Source: Alloascoidea hylecoeti
Lineage: Eukaryota
NCBI GenBank assembly: GCA_001600815.1
Contig: BCKZ01000016.1
Coordinates: forward strand, 423,077-487,076
DNA length: 64,000 nt
Reading direction: 5' to 3'
The position numbers and the translations under genes were made by a program. Of this stretch, positions 1-11,842 are shown piece after piece. The notes beneath the pieces are model-generated. The model was not told the origin of the DNA, did no database searches, and worked only from the letters and a program-made list of their open reading frames with translations. Positions within the stretch are counted from its first letter, which is position 1, and every line of letters starts with the position of its first letter.

Positions 1-107
1 AAGAAAAATCCATCACACACATATTAATGGATAACTTATAGTTTCACTAAATTTTCTCGGATTGCAACGTATTTATCCTTTCTTTCATCTTTATTTTACA
101 AAGTAAT

Positions 108-719
108 ATGAGCCATATGGATGATATGGATGGTATGGATATGGGCTCGAGTTCCAGTTCCAGTTCCAGTTCCAGTTCCAGTTCGATGGAAATGATTATG
201 GTTTTTCACAGCACCATGACAGATCCACTTTTCTCAGTAGCATGGACTCCAAAATCAAAGGGACAATACGCAGGCACATGTATTTTTTTAATAGTGCTAG
301 GGATCATATACCGGGCATTATATGTCGCAAGCAGTCGGTTCTCGAAATATAATCAGCAAAAGAATGCCAGACTGGCCAATGTTCCAATAATTGATGAAAG
401 TAGTTTTGAGGCTGCATTTGATAGTGAAGATGAGCTGGAAGGTCCCGAGACTACAAACAATGATAGTGACTTAATTACAAGTCGACAGAAACAAGAACAA
501 GGAGTAAGAAGTACTAGATTTCCAGAAAAGACAGGTAGACTTCGGGAGGTAGCGGCGTGGAGAGCTTCGGTGGATATACCTCGGGCGTTACTACAACTGA
601 CGGTTTCAGGGGTCGGCTATTTATTGATGATTGCGGCAATGACGTGCAATGTTGGATATTTTTGCAGTTGTTTAGGGGGAATATTCGTGGGAGAATTGTT
701 TTTGGGGAGGTATGCCTGA
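108..719 (+). CDS. Ctr-family copper transporter
   Basis: Met-rich N-terminus (MSHMDDMDGMDM), MxMxF motif, three hydrophobic segments with the MxxxM motif (YLLMIAAMTCNVGYF). Confidence 0.9.
   Translation: MSHMDDMDGMDMGSSSSSSSSSSSSSMEMIMVFHSTMTDPLFSVAWTPKSKGQYAGTCIFLIVLGIIYRALYVASSRFSKYNQQKNARLANVPIIDESSFEAAFDSEDELEGPETTNNDSDLITSRQKQEQGVRSTRFPEKTGRLREVAAWRASVDIPRALLQLTVSGVGYLLMIAAMTCNVGYFCSCLGGIFVGELFLGRYA
149..184 (+). repeat. (AGTTCC)n hexamer microsatellite encoding poly-Ser
   Basis: Tandem agttcc units inside the Ctr gene. Confidence 0.85.
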
Positions 720-1179
720 GCTGTGTCGTATACTCTATTCATGAAGCACTTGATGGAGAAAATTAAAGTAATAATAGCGCATTTTACGGTGAATTCCTAT
801 AATATATATTTTATCGTTCATAAGACTTCTTATACATTATATCCTCTCCTTTATTATACGATATTTGGCAGTATACGCTGTTTGCGATGTAGATTTTTTT
901 AACTTTACATAGAATTCCCAATTAAAATATCTAAATAATTTGAATCTTCTAACTAAAAACTATTAAATTGGGGAAATCACTCCAAGAGTATAAAACCTCC
1001 GCTACTTTATTTCCCTTCTATTTTCTCTTTTAGTCTTCTCCTATTCATTGTATCTCTTTATCTTATCACCTTGTTATTTTTTTATTATTTTTATTTTTAT
1101 TATTTCATTTAATAAGTGGAACGACTTTCCGACCGTTAAGGTTCTACAAACAGCAGAACCGTTGAGTCCGGTGTGACGA

Positions 1180-1251
1180 TCCGAAATAGTGTAATGGCTA
1201 GCACGGTCCGCTCTCACCGGGCAGATCGGGGTTCAATTCCCCGTTTCGGAG
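1180..1251 (+). tRNA. tRNA-Glu(CTC)
   Basis: Cloverleaf: acceptor TCCGAAA/TTTCGGA, anticodon arm GTCCG-CTCTCAC-CGGGC, T arm CGGGG-TTCAATT-CCCCG; followed by a T-run Pol III terminator. Confidence 0.95.
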
Positions 1252-1445
1252 TCCTTTTTTTCGCAGCTGTCGAATATTTTTTGAGCTCATGTTAATCCTT
1301 TCGTACATCAAATCAATAGTTCAGCCTACATATGTTGAATGGAAAAAAATGCACATGTTTTGGTGAGACATGTTTGATGCACTCCACAGTGATAGCTAGC
1401 CGTACATCTCCGACTTTTCCCGGCCGAAAATCCGGGGAAAGGGGC

Positions 1446-1453
1446 TCACGTGA
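1446..1453. promoter_or_regulatory. TCACGTGA E-box (Cbf1-type bHLH site) upstream of pyruvate carboxylase
   Basis: Motif match in the promoter; identical motifs at 17369-17376 and 51469-51476 (upstream of TFB1). Confidence 0.4.
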
Positions 1454-1660
1454 TTGATCCGCGGTTTAAAGTTTGTGCGATTGGCTGCAAAAACTGAAAA
1501 CTGAAAAAAGTCGATAAAAAGCTGTTGAAAACTGTTTTAAGTGAATAAAATATTCATTTATATCCCTCTTCCCCTGAGTTATATAAATATCTCTTATTTC
1601 TCTCTTCTTCTTCCTTTTCTTTTCCTCTTTCCCCACAAATCTTCTGAATCTTCCTTTTCA

Positions 1661-4600
1661 ATGTCTCACACTCCAAAAACTCCAAACTTTGGTCAGATCA
1701 GAACTGATAGTGTCATCTTAGGCTCCATGAACAAGGTTCTGGTCGCCAACAGAGGTGAAATAGCTATCAGAGTCTTTAGATCTGCTCACGAACTTTCCCT
1801 ACACACAATTGCCGTCTATTCACATGAAGACAGGTTGTCTATGCATAGGTTGAAAGCTGATGAAGCTTATGTTATTGGTAAAAAATCTCAATACACCCCC
1901 GTTCAAGCTTACTTACAAATTGACGAAATTATCAAAATCGCAAAAGCTCATGGTGCAAATATGATTCACCCTGGTTATGGGTTCTTGTCTGAAAATGCTG
2001 AATTCGCTCAAAAAGTTGAAGAAGCAGGTATCGCTTGGGTTGGTCCCCCTGCTCATGTAATCGATGCCGTTGGTGATAAGGTTTCTGCGAGAAATTTAGC
2101 TATTAAAAATAATGTTCCTGTTATTCCTGGTTCTCCTGGTCCTATCGAAAATGCTCAACAAGCTCAGGATTTCGTTAATGAACATGGTTATCCAGTTATT
2201 ATTAAAGCCGCTTTTGGTGGTGGTGGTAGAGGTATGAGAATTGTTCGTGAAGGTGATAGTATTACTGATGCTTTTACGAGAGCAACTTCTGAAGCTAAAA
2301 CCTCTTTTGGTAATGGAACCGTCTTTATTGAACGTTTCTTGGATAAACCAAAACATATTGAAGTTCAATTGTTGGCTGATGGAAAAGGTAACTGTATTCA
2401 TCTATTTGAAAGAGATTGTTCTGTTCAACGTCGCCATCAAAAAGTTGTCGAATTGGCCCCAGCTGGTAAACTCCCGAGATATGTAAGAGATGCCATTTTA
2501 GAGGATGCTGTTAAACTAGTTTCTTCTGTTAATTATAGAAATGCTGGTACAGCTGAATTTTTAGTCGATGAACAAAATAGACATTATTTCATTGAAATTA
2601 ATCCAAGAATTCAAGTTGAACATACAATCACTGAAGAAATTACTGGTGTTGATTTGATTGCTGCTCAAATTCAAATCGCTGCTGGTGCCACCTTACCACA
2701 ATTAGGTCTTACACAAGAAAGAATTAGTTTAAGAGGCTATGCTATTCAATGCCGTATTACAACTGAAGATCCTGCAATGAATTTTGCCCCCGATACCGGT
2801 AAAATCGAAGTTTATAGATCAACTGGTGGTAATGGTGTTCGTTTAGATGGTGCTAATAATTTCTCTGGCGCTGTCATTTCCCCACATTATGATTCCATGT
2901 TGGTTAAATGTACTTGTTCTGGTGCAACTTATGAAATCGCTCGTCGTAAGATGATTAGATCTTTAATTGAATTCAGAATCAGAGGTGTCAAAACAAATAT
3001 ACCTTTCTTATTAGCTTTATTGACAAATGATACTTTTATTAGAGGTGATTGTTGGACTACTTTTATTGATGATACTCCAAAACTGTTTGAAATGTTATCA
3101 TCTCAAAATAGAGCTCAAAAGATATTATCTTATCTTGCTGATTTGGCTGTTAATGGTTCTTCAATTAAAGGACAAGTTGGTCTACCTAAATTAACGACTG
3201 AAGCCATTTTACCTCCTATTTTGGACCCCAAATCTGGTAATGTTATTGATGTATCAGAACCTGCTACACAAGGTTGGAGAAATATTTTGGTCGCAAAGGG
3301 CCCTGAAGCTTTTGCCCAAGCTGTTCGTGATTATAAAGGTACTTTGATTATGGATACAACTTGGAGAGATGCTCATCAATCTTTATTAGCTACAAGAGTT
3401 AGAACTGCTGATTTGGCTGAAATTGCTCCACAAACTTCTCATGCGTTATCAAATGCTTTTGCTTTAGAGTGTTGGGGTGGTGCTACATTTGATGTCGCTC
3501 TTAGATTTTTACATGAAGATCCATGGTCAAGGCTAAGAAAATTAAGAAAATTAGTTCCAAATATTCCATTCCAAATGTTGTTACGTGGTGCTAATGGTGT
3601 TGCTTATTCTTCTTTACCTGATAATGCCATTGATCATTTTGTTAATCAAGCTAAAATTAATGGTGTTGATGTATTTAGAGTTTTTGACGCTCTTAATGAT
3701 ATTGAACAGCTGAAGGTTGGTGTTAACGCTGTTAAAAAGGCTGGTGGTGTTGTTGAAGCAACAGTTTGTTATTCTGGTGATATGTTAAATCCAAAGAAGA
3801 AATATAATATTGATTATTATATGGGTTTTGTTGATAGAATTGTTGCATTAGGTACTCATATTTTAGGTATTAAAGATATGGCTGGTACTTTAAAACCCGC
3901 TGCTGCAACTTTATTGGTTGGTTCAATCAGAAAGAAGTATCCAAATTTGCCAATTCATGTTCATACTCACGATTCTGCTGGTACTGGTGTTTCGTCAATG
4001 GCCGCTTGTGCAAAAGCTGGTGCTGATGTTGTTGATGCTGCATCAAATAGTCTTTCCGGTATGACTTCACAACCATCAATTTCTGCTTTATTAGCTACTT
4101 TAGAAGGTGATATTGAAACCGGTCTTGATTCAAATCAAATTAAATCAATTGATAGTTATTGGGCTCAAATGAGATTATTATATTCTTGCTTCGAAGCTGA
4201 TCTTAAAGGTCCTGATCCAGAAGTTTATGATCATGAAATTCCTGGTGGTCAATTAACAAATCTACTTTTCCAAGCACAACAGGTTGGATTGGGTGAAAAA
4301 TGGGCTGAAACAAAGAAAGCTTATATTGAGGCAAACAATTTATTGGGTGACATTGTTAAAGTTACACCTACTTCTAAAGTTGTTGGTGATTTAGCTCAAT
4401 TTATGGTATCAAATCAATTGACTTCTGAAGAAGTTAAAGAAAGAGCCTCTAACTTGGATTTCCCTGCTTCTGTATTAGATTTCTTCCAAGGTATGATGGG
4501 TCAACCCTACTTTGGTTTCCCAGAACCATTGAGACATGATATCTTAAAAGGTAAAAGAGAACCACTTTATGAAAGACCTGGAAAATCTTTACCACCATTT

Positions 4601-5185
4601 GATTTGCCTGCTATTAAGACTGAATTAGCAAGTAGATACCGTCATATTAGAGATACTGATGTTGCCTCTTATAATATGTATCCAAAAGTTTTTGAAGATT
4701 ATAGAGCCTTTGTTGAACAATATGGTGATTTGTCTATCTTACCAACAAGATATTTCTTAGCTCCACCAAAGATTGATGAAGAAATGTGGATTGAAATTGA
4801 AAAAGGTAAAACTTTGATCATTAAGTTGATGGCTGTCAGTGATATTTCAACTGAGACTGGTACAAGAGAAGTTTACTTTGAATTAAACGGTGAAATGAGA
4901 AAAGTAACTGTTGATGATAAGAATGCAGCTGTAGAAACTATTACAAGACCAAAAGCTGATGCTCATAATCCAAATGAAATTGGTGCTCCAATGTCAGGTG
5001 TTGTCGTTGAAGTTAAGGTTCATGATGGTAAACCAGTAAAGAAAGGTGATGCAATTATTGTTTTGTCAGCTATGAAGATGGAAATGATAATTAGTGCTCC
5101 TGTTGATGGTGCAGTTTCTGAGTTACAAGTCAAAGAAGGTGATTCTATTGATGGTAATGATCTTATTTGCAAGCTTGTTAATTGA
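1661..5185 (+). CDS. PYC1: Pyruvate carboxylase
   Basis: Biotin carboxylase (VLVANRGEIA), carboxyltransferase (DTTWRDAHQS, HVHTHD) and biotin-attachment AMKM motifs. First ATG at 1661; the ORF-track start is a GTG in the pyrimidine-rich 5' region. Confidence 0.97.
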   Translation: MSHTPKTPNFGQIRTDSVILGSMNKVLVANRGEIAIRVFRSAHELSLHTIAVYSHEDRLSMHRLKADEAYVIGKKSQYTPVQAYLQIDEIIKIAKAHGANMIHPGYGFLSENAEFAQKVEEAGIAWVGPPAHVIDAVGDKVSARNLAIKNNVPVIPGSPGPIENAQQAQDFVNEHGYPVIIKAAFGGGGRGMRIVREGDSITDAFTRATSEAKTSFGNGTVFIERFLDKPKHIEVQLLADGKGNCIHLFERDCSVQRRHQKVVELAPAGKLPRYVRDAILEDAVKLVSSVNYRNAGTAEFLVDEQNRHYFIEINPRIQVEHTITEEITGVDLIAAQIQIAAGATLPQLGLTQERISLRGYAIQCRITTEDPAMNFAPDTGKIEVYRSTGGNGVRLDGANNFSGAVISPHYDSMLVKCTCSGATYEIARRKMIRSLIEFRIRGVKTNIPFLLALLTNDTFIRGDCWTTFIDDTPKLFEMLSSQNRAQKILSYLADLAVNGSSIKGQVGLPKLTTEAILPPILDPKSGNVIDVSEPATQGWRNILVAKGPEAFAQAVRDYKGTLIMDTTWRDAHQSLLATRVRTADLAEIAPQTSHALSNAFALECWGGATFDVALRFLHEDPWSRLRKLRKLVPNIPFQMLLRGANGVAYSSLPDNAIDHFVNQAKINGVDVFRVFDALNDIEQLKVGVNAVKKAGGVVEATVCYSGDMLNPKKKYNIDYYMGFVDRIVALGTHILGIKDMAGTLKPAAATLLVGSIRKKYPNLPIHVHTHDSAGTGVSSMAACAKAGADVVDAASNSLSGMTSQPSISALLATLEGDIETGLDSNQIKSIDSYWAQMRLLYSCFEADLKGPDPEVYDHEIPGGQLTNLLFQAQQVGLGEKWAETKKAYIEANNLLGDIVKVTPTSKVVGDLAQFMVSNQLTSEEVKERASNLDFPASVLDFFQGMMGQPYFGFPEPLRHDILKGKREPLYERPGKSLPPFDLPAIKTELASRYRHIRDTDVASYNMYPKVFEDYRAFVEQYGDLSILPTRYFLAPPKIDEEMWIEIEKGKTLIIKLMAVSDISTETGTREVYFELNGEMRKVTVDDKNAAVETITRPKADAHNPNEIGAPMSGVVVEVKVHDGKPVKKGDAIIVLSAMKMEMIISAPVDGAVSELQVKEGDSIDGNDLICKLVN

Positions 5186-5703
5186 TCATTTGAATCAATT
5201 TATTAGGAAGTTTATGTTTTTGTTTGCATTTCATTAAAATTTGTATTTTTAAAAGAAGTTTTCTTGTTCCAAGCATTCAAATTGTTTTGTTGATTTAGTT
5301 TAGTAAATGGCCCATGTTTGTAATTAGGGAACTTGAAATAAAATATATATAATAAAACCAATTTTTCGTTTATTAAAAACCAAGCATGTAAAATTAAATT
5401 TTTTCGTTCATTAGATGTATAAAAGAAAGAATTAATATTCGAAATGTTGAATCAAACTTTACTAACTATTATTTTAAAAGATTGCGAGATGACTAAACAT
5501 GACGTAAGCCAATTTAACTAAAAAAAAGTTAAGAAACATTTTTCATCATTCAAAACCTCTGAAAAAAAGAAAGATTAAGTCTGATTTTTGACATTTTTTC
5601 ACATTTATACAACAATATAAAATAAAAAAGCAATTTTTTAATCCTCTTTTCTTATTTATCATCGTAAACTATTCTCATCTCCAACTATTTCTTTAAAACC
5701 AAC

Positions 5704-7419
5704 ATGTTAGATTTTAACTCTACTTCTTCCTCTCTTTCCTTTGATGGCTCTAATAACAACAACATTAATAACCTTCTCCTTGGTGGCTTTCCAACCCATA
5801 CGACCTCCAGAATCTTTCCCAATAAAGAATTAGAAGAGCCCCACAATCAGAACCCTTATGCTGTACACACAGACTTGCCGTTATCTCACCATATTATCCC
5901 TTATAACTGGACTTTTTGGTTTCATTCAAGGCAAAGACCAAAAGCACAAAACCAAAATCAACAAAATAATGAAGTTCTAGGAAATCCAACTAATGGGAAT
6001 CCAGCTAATGGAAACCATTTAGGCTCATATCTCTCAACGACTCATCAAATCTCTTTCCCTATTCCCTCTACATCTTTACTTGATTTCAACCAAGTATCGC
6101 TTTCACCTAATACTTCATCAGTGGTTGGATCGGTGGAGTCCGTACTTCAAGCATTATCGTTGCTTAAAAGAACTGAAGATTTGAACACAGGGAGCGAATA
6201 TCTGGTATTCAAAGCTGGAGTCCAACCTGTTTGGGAGGACAAGATTAATGAAATAGGAGGAAGGTGGGTATTTAGATTCAGCAGGAAACTATCACCTACG
6301 GGACAATTTCAATCCAGTGCGACTGGTAATTTAAGACTGTTATCTGCCCAACAGATTGAATTGAGCAAAAGACGAGTTAGTTTGATTTGGGAAAAAATCG
6401 TTTTACAAATTTTAGGCGGTGGAGTTGATGATGAAACTTTTAATAACGAAGTTGTTGGGTTAGTAATTAGTATACGACGAGATGAAGATATCCTTAGTAT
6501 CTGGAATACAAACTTAACTGATAAAAAGATCGGAAATGGTCATACAGTAGTAGATGTGAAGGAAAATGGAAATAATAATAAGAATAATGAAAGCAACAAA
6601 CAAACTGAAGATCTATCAAAAATTTATTCCATCATTACCCAAATGATACAAGAAGCAGACACCCAAATCCAAGAACAGGAGTCTTCTTCTTTAGACTCTT
6701 CTGTTACCGGTTCTCCATTGGCTCTACTACAGCAACTTGACATCTCCAGTAAAGGTGGTAGTCAGAATAAAGAAGATATCGATAAGTTATTTACAGATGA
6801 GTTCAATGATATTCCAGGTGTAATCGCTGAGTATCGTTTTCACTCTGATAGTTATAAAGATGGCCCTCAAGGCGGTCAATCTCAACAAAATGGAAATAAA
6901 AACGGATATAACAATAACAACAATAACAACAATAACAACAACATTAACAACAACAATAATAATCGGTATAATAACAGATACAACAACCATAATAATCACT
7001 CTCATACACATTCTCATGGCCGTCAGAGTATTGCAATAAACACCGACCTTGAAAATAGACCAGGAGATCTTAAACAATCACCACATTATTTCACACGTAG
7101 AAATAATGGTCACACAAGAAACCAAAATTCATCTCCAATAAATTCTCCAATATTATCAGATCTAGCAGGCTCTTTTAATTCACCGACTACCCCGACTCAT
7201 TACTCACATAAGAGTAGGCAAGGGCATAGATCATCACTATCACAAAACAGTGAGTCATCTTCTTCACCCTTTGCAGCCTTGGGAAGAAGAAGAAGAACCG
7301 GAAATGAAAGCATTGTAGGCGGACAGCCTGGTTTTGTTACCAGACGGAGTGGACTTGGAAGGCCGGGTTCAGGTAATTCGCCAGCTATGGCCACAGAATC
7401 AAATGATGATGGAGCATAA
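5704..7419 (+). CDS. eIF4E-family cap-binding protein (class II/4EHP-like) with long Asn-rich tail
   Basis: H..PYNWTFWF, YLVFKAGVQPVWEDKINEIGGRW, GLVISIR...ILSIWN motifs of the IF4E fold. Confidence 0.85.
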   Translation: MLDFNSTSSSLSFDGSNNNNINNLLLGGFPTHTTSRIFPNKELEEPHNQNPYAVHTDLPLSHHIIPYNWTFWFHSRQRPKAQNQNQQNNEVLGNPTNGNPANGNHLGSYLSTTHQISFPIPSTSLLDFNQVSLSPNTSSVVGSVESVLQALSLLKRTEDLNTGSEYLVFKAGVQPVWEDKINEIGGRWVFRFSRKLSPTGQFQSSATGNLRLLSAQQIELSKRRVSLIWEKIVLQILGGGVDDETFNNEVVGLVISIRRDEDILSIWNTNLTDKKIGNGHTVVDVKENGNNNKNNESNKQTEDLSKIYSIITQMIQEADTQIQEQESSSLDSSVTGSPLALLQQLDISSKGGSQNKEDIDKLFTDEFNDIPGVIAEYRFHSDSYKDGPQGGQSQQNGNKNGYNNNNNNNNNNNINNNNNNRYNNRYNNHNNHSHTHSHGRQSIAINTDLENRPGDLKQSPHYFTRRNNGHTRNQNSSPINSPILSDLAGSFNSPTTPTHYSHKSRQGHRSSLSQNSESSSSPFAALGRRRRTGNESIVGGQPGFVTRRSGLGRPGSGNSPAMATESNDDGA

Positions 7420-7922
7420 ATAGTTTTTAGTCAATAACATAAAGTATATGTATTTCGTGTCATGTTTATAAATATGTATAACTACACAATATAAATTCAT
7501 AAAATGTAATCTGTTATATTAATTTCAATATTAATGTTTAATTTTGGGATAATTAGATCTGTTAAAATAAATTTTAAGATTAGGTTCCAATTGCAAAAGA
7601 CTTTTTTATTATATATAATAATTATTAGATTCAAAAACAAAATATTAGAAATAACATAATCATAATTAACTTAACAAGACAAAAAAATTTGGATTATATA
7701 CAAAAATATAGTAAAAAGATTTTTTCTAACTTCTCCGAGTTTAGTGATTGGTTTTAATACCACAAAATAAAATAAAATGAACGAGAAAACATATATAAAT
7801 TTATATATTAATAATAGCTACAAATATAAGTTAGAGAAAAAACCCCAATGGAAAGAAAGATCAAATATTAACCACCGACTTTCCTTTTATGATCATACAT
7901 TATTATCTTGAGAACAGACGCT

Positions 7923-10457
7923 TCAGAGACCAACTTTCAACCAATCCCATTCTGACGTATCTAACTTTGTTGATTCACTTTTCGGGCTTTCTTTTTCATC
8001 TGAACCCATAGGACTAGTAGCATTTGAGTGATTATCACCACTAGTAGGTGTTAAGTTAGTCTCATGAGAATCACCAGTCGAAGAAGGACTTGTGACTGTA
8101 TAAAGTCTACTGCCTTCAAGGTCACTAGGCTTTATACTAAATGATTTATTTGAGGTCACTGTATTAAAAGAGGACGAAAGATTTTGCAAAGCCGGTGAGG
8201 AAACATGATTTTTCAAGTTAGTTGTGGATTGTGACTGTTTTGCAATTCTAGAGTTTACAAGATTTCCTTTGATGTTAGAATTTGATATAGATCTGGAATG
8301 TGATAATGATTGTCTCTTTTGGTTAGGTCGTGAAGTAGCCGTAATTGGTATCGGTGATTCTCCCATTGATCCTGCTAGAACATTAATAGTCTGGGTAGGC
8401 TCTCTAGATTTAGATTCATGTGCAGAATTAAATCCATCAAGTGAAAAACTGAAGCTTTCCGGGGATCGAAAATACGATGAAGAATATGGATCCGAGCCAT
8501 TGGTAATAAATGGACCTCTACCTGTTGGAGCTGAATTGAACATCATATAATCACCATTTATATTGGGGCTGGATGATATAGAATGACTTTGAGGGGGTAT
8601 CGTTGTCCAAACTCGAGCGCCACTTGTAAATTTTGTGAAAGGTGAATTATCTATTGGTTGTTGCTGTTGTTGTTGTGGTTGAATTATTTGCTTAGAGCTT
8701 ACTGAAGAAGGTGTTCTCTTAGGTAGAATCGGAACATTCTTCTGTTTCAGTGATGTTTGTCGTTGCCCAATGAACATAGGAGAATTTTGATCAATATTCA
8801 TTCCCGAATAGTCATTGAATGGCTGTTGGGATGAAGTTCTATCCTGAGAATGGGCCTGTGATTCAGACAAAGATAATGTCAATAGCGACATCTTCCCACC
8901 ATTTAACATTCGTTGATTTTCACTTTTCATTATTGAATAACCGTTATCATTACTATAAGGTATTGGTCGCATCATATTCGATGATTCCATTCCATTATTA
9001 TTCAAGGAAATTAAATTGTTATTGGAATTTGATCTTCTACTATTTCTTTTCTTAATGACGTCTGTTTTCAGTGAAAGAGGACGAGTTGTTCCATGAAGTT
9101 TTTGAAACAAACCACACGCATTACATAATGGATGACCCTGTGCATCTCGTCGCCATAGAGGTGTTGTTCTTGTATGACAGTTTGAACATTCAGTGACATT
9201 AGCAGAGTTGGAGTTTGAACTGGAATTAGAAACAGTGTTTGAGACTGAATTGGATATTGAAGTACCAGTATTAGAGTCATTTGAATATAACTTCGCAGAA
9301 GTACCATTTAAAGATTTGGGAATATCAATTTCTGAAGTGCGTCTTTTGCTAAAATCATGAATGCCTCTTTTCAATTTCGATTCCCGAATCAATGACTTTG
9401 ATAAACTTGAAGGAGTTGTAGAGAATCTAGGAAATGAGTCATTTCGTATCGATCTTCTTATTCGAGTAGCAGATGCATCATTATAAAGGGAATTATTGCC
9501 CGTTGATTGTTGAAATTGGCCTTGAAAATATTTGTCCATGAGACGGCCTTCCTGTATATTTATGTTTGAGTTCTCTTCTATTGAATTCTTAACATCTGTG
9601 TTTGGATCAGTAGGATTGTAAGCCTGTAGATCAAAGAAAGACATTTCACCTGATATCATTCCCTCCTTTGAGCCAAAAGAATGAGGTTTTATTTTGGGTG
9701 TTTCTATGGGTATAGGGTCGGAAGAAAATTGTACCGAACTTGAAGCTTGGGTATTATTTATGTCCAAGAACTCGGCAAAATTCACGACATCGCCTATAGA
9801 GTTCAACGATTCTAAGTCAGTGGAGGAACTAGAGGGAGGGAAAGCAACTGTCGAGAGTCTACGCTGATAGCATTGGTCTTGTGAACGAACAGCAGCACTA
9901 AAGCCTGGTGAATCTGAAAATTGTAAAGGGGAGTGGGTAGCGGTGATAGGAGTTGAAAGGCCACTTTCAGGAGATGGGGTGGAAACACCTGAGCTCTGAG
10001 GCTTCCGATGGGTTTGATTGTTATTATTTAAAGCTGAGGGAGATGAAGAAAGGATGTCTAATAATGGCTCGAATTTATGACTCGCCAACTTGTCAGAATC
10101 AATGGGAAGATCCCAGTTAAACTCACCTGGAACAAACTCATTAAACATTTCAGTATTAATATTCAGGTCGATGTTAGTTGAAGCAGGATCTGGAGAGTTG
10201 GGTCTTGAGATGGGAGTTATCATGGAGTGTCCAGTACTGGACATAGTCGAATCCTTGTTGTTAGTCGCATGATCATCATCTGGATGAGTCAAATCTTTTG
10301 GGTTTGGAGCGGTCGACGCCAATTCTGGGGGTGAAAGAAGTCCAGATCCCAATAGGAGCGAGTCGTGAGCCGTGTTGGAAAAAGTAGCAGTGGCACTGGA
10401 GGTTGCAGTTGTAGACCTGACTTCTGGCGAGAAGGGGGACGGGCCTGAATGTATCAT
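7923..10457 (-). CDS. GLN3: Nitrogen-regulatory GATA transcription factor (Gln3/AreA type)
   Basis: GATA finger [15 protein letters not shown]...[28 protein letters not shown]-terminal EWDWLKVGL resembles Gln3/AreA termini. Confidence 0.8.
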   Translation of the reverse strand: MIHSGPSPFSPEVRSTTATSSATATFSNTAHDSLLLGSGLLSPPELASTAPNPKDLTHPDDDHATNNKDSTMSSTGHSMITPISRPNSPDPASTNIDLNINTEMFNEFVPGEFNWDLPIDSDKLASHKFEPLLDILSSSPSALNNNNQTHRKPQSSGVSTPSPESGLSTPITATHSPLQFSDSPGFSAAVRSQDQCYQRRLSTVAFPPSSSSTDLESLNSIGDVVNFAEFLDINNTQASSSVQFSSDPIPIETPKIKPHSFGSKEGMISGEMSFFDLQAYNPTDPNTDVKNSIEENSNINIQEGRLMDKYFQGQFQQSTGNNSLYNDASATRIRRSIRNDSFPRFSTTPSSLSKSLIRESKLKRGIHDFSKRRTSEIDIPKSLNGTSAKLYSNDSNTGTSISNSVSNTVSNSSSNSNSANVTECSNCHTRTTPLWRRDAQGHPLCNACGLFQKLHGTTRPLSLKTDVIKKRNSRRSNSNNNLISLNNNGMESSNMMRPIPYSNDNGYSIMKSENQRMLNGGKMSLLTLSLSESQAHSQDRTSSQQPFNDYSGMNIDQNSPMFIGQRQTSLKQKNVPILPKRTPSSVSSKQIIQPQQQQQQPIDNSPFTKFTSGARVWTTIPPQSHSISSSPNINGDYMMFNSAPTGRGPFITNGSDPYSSSYFRSPESFSFSLDGFNSAHESKSREPTQTINVLAGSMGESPIPITATSRPNQKRQSLSHSRSISNSNIKGNLVNSRIAKQSQSTTNLKNHVSSPALQNLSSSFNTVTSNKSFSIKPSDLEGSRLYTVTSPSSTGDSHETNLTPTSGDNHSNATSPMGSDEKESPKSESTKLDTSEWDWLKVGL

Positions 10458-10668
10458 CTGAGAAATCTGCTCCGTGGTGTGTTATATCAGTGAGATCTAT
10501 GAGTAGCAAAGTTTTCTGGGGGACTCCGGGGCAGAGTTCTGGAGACAGGCACAAAAGGAAGAGAAAAGAGCTTGAAAAATGGTGAAGGTTGGTTTGCTCT
10601 AAAATCCTGCAATTAATACCTAGAGATGCTGAAGGAATTGCCATGTCCCAAAAAAGGTGTCCCAAGAG

Positions 10669-10676
10669 TTACCCGG
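10669..10676. promoter_or_regulatory. TTACCCGG Reb1-type site
   Basis: The same octamer (either strand) lies upstream of several genes: 11976-11983, 13985-13992, 39686-39693, 45452-45459. Confidence 0.5.
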
Positions 10677-11035
10677 CCCTGTCTGCATGTAGATGCATGC
10701 TCAGATGCCCTTTCCGGTGCTCGGCGCTGCATCTTATGTATATGCATGTGGCTGAATCTGACAGTTGATATGCAGATCTCACTTATATTTCTTCCCTGAA
10801 GGCCCGGGTTATGCAACTCGTTTCCTTAGTCCATATACTTTAATTATATCGATTATCAGGCCTAAGCCTCTTGTGTGGGTCGGTTCAATTAAGTTCAAAC
10901 GAGAAAAGGAGGCTATTAAGTTGCCTATAACATCGGGCCACATAAAGGTATATTGATTATAATTATAATTAAGCTATACGGGCAGGTGATATATAAACTT
11001 CACTAAATGCTTATATTGATAACTCTTCATGACTA

Positions 11036-11842
11036 CTATTTCTTGGGCGTACCCTGATCCCTTTGCGTCTCGGAATCAGGAGTGGCATCCGAGCTGGCTG
11101 CATCCGAAGGTGTTTCTTTTCCGGCCCAGTCTCCGTAAGATCCTAAATAGTTTCCACGCTTCTTGTAACCAAAAGTGGCGGCTAGATTCTCTGAGGCTGA
11201 TGATCGAACACCTGCAAGGCAGAAGAAGATTAACTCATCTTCCAAGCTAGGCTTGGGAAATCCAAATGTTTCTTCGAAGATTTCGGGGTCTAAATCAAGA
11301 GCACCTGGTGATGATTTAAAAGGAATATTAACAGCCGTTGGAATGGTACCTTGTTTGTATTCTTCTGGTTCACGTACATCAACGAGGACAACTCCTGGGT
11401 GTTCTGATTGAGACAACTTTTTGATCTGACCAATAGTAAGGCTTGTTAGTTATTGAAGCTCCCTCGATCCACTTTTCATTTATTTTATATATTGATCTCA
11501 AACTCATTCATTTAATAAAACATAGTGATAAGAAAATGATTATAAAATACATACCTGCTGATATTCGTAAATTTTGGCGGGTGTGTCTTCCGATAACAAG
11601 GAATAACTTCTGTAATATCCTTTATTAGAATCCTTCAACACACTGTTTGTAACGGCATAGTTGAAAGACTTGTAGCTCACAGTATTTCTCGGTAACCATT
11701 GTCTATTTTTCTGAGAGCAGACATAAGAAGCAAATAGTCTAACACCATTGGTACTTGTGGTTGACCTCGAAACTTCGGATAGAAACTGTTTTTTTAAAGA
11801 AGGCAACCCAAGATATCGCTTTGCAATAAAAGTAGAGCTCAT
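11036..11842 (-). CDS. Mitochondrial rhodanese-like thiosulfate sulfurtransferase (Rdl2-like), 2 exons
   Basis: Exons 11842-11555 and 11425-11036; intron GTATGT...ACTAAC...CAG; LVDVREPEEY and FFCLAGVRS motifs; basic presequence-like N-terminus. Confidence 0.88.

Noticed and set aside
1541..1660. 40-codon N-terminal extension of pyruvate carboxylase from GTG
   Set aside because: It spans the TATA-like element and pyrimidine-rich 5' region; the homologous sequence starts after ATG 1661.
3080..3090. Alternative CUG decoding (Ser/Ala)
   Set aside because: CTG occupies a normally conserved Leu in pyruvate carboxylase (DDTPKLF), and both tRNAs have ordinary anticodons; no evidence of code change in this window.
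6900..6990. AAC/AAT repeat as a standalone repeat array or CRISPR
   Set aside because: Coding poly-Asn tract; no repeat-spacer structure anywhere in the window.
10276..10816. Upstream ORFs as an extra coding exon of the GATA factor
   Set aside because: No recognisable AreA N-terminal motif or convincing splice sites; treated as promoter or 5' UTR.
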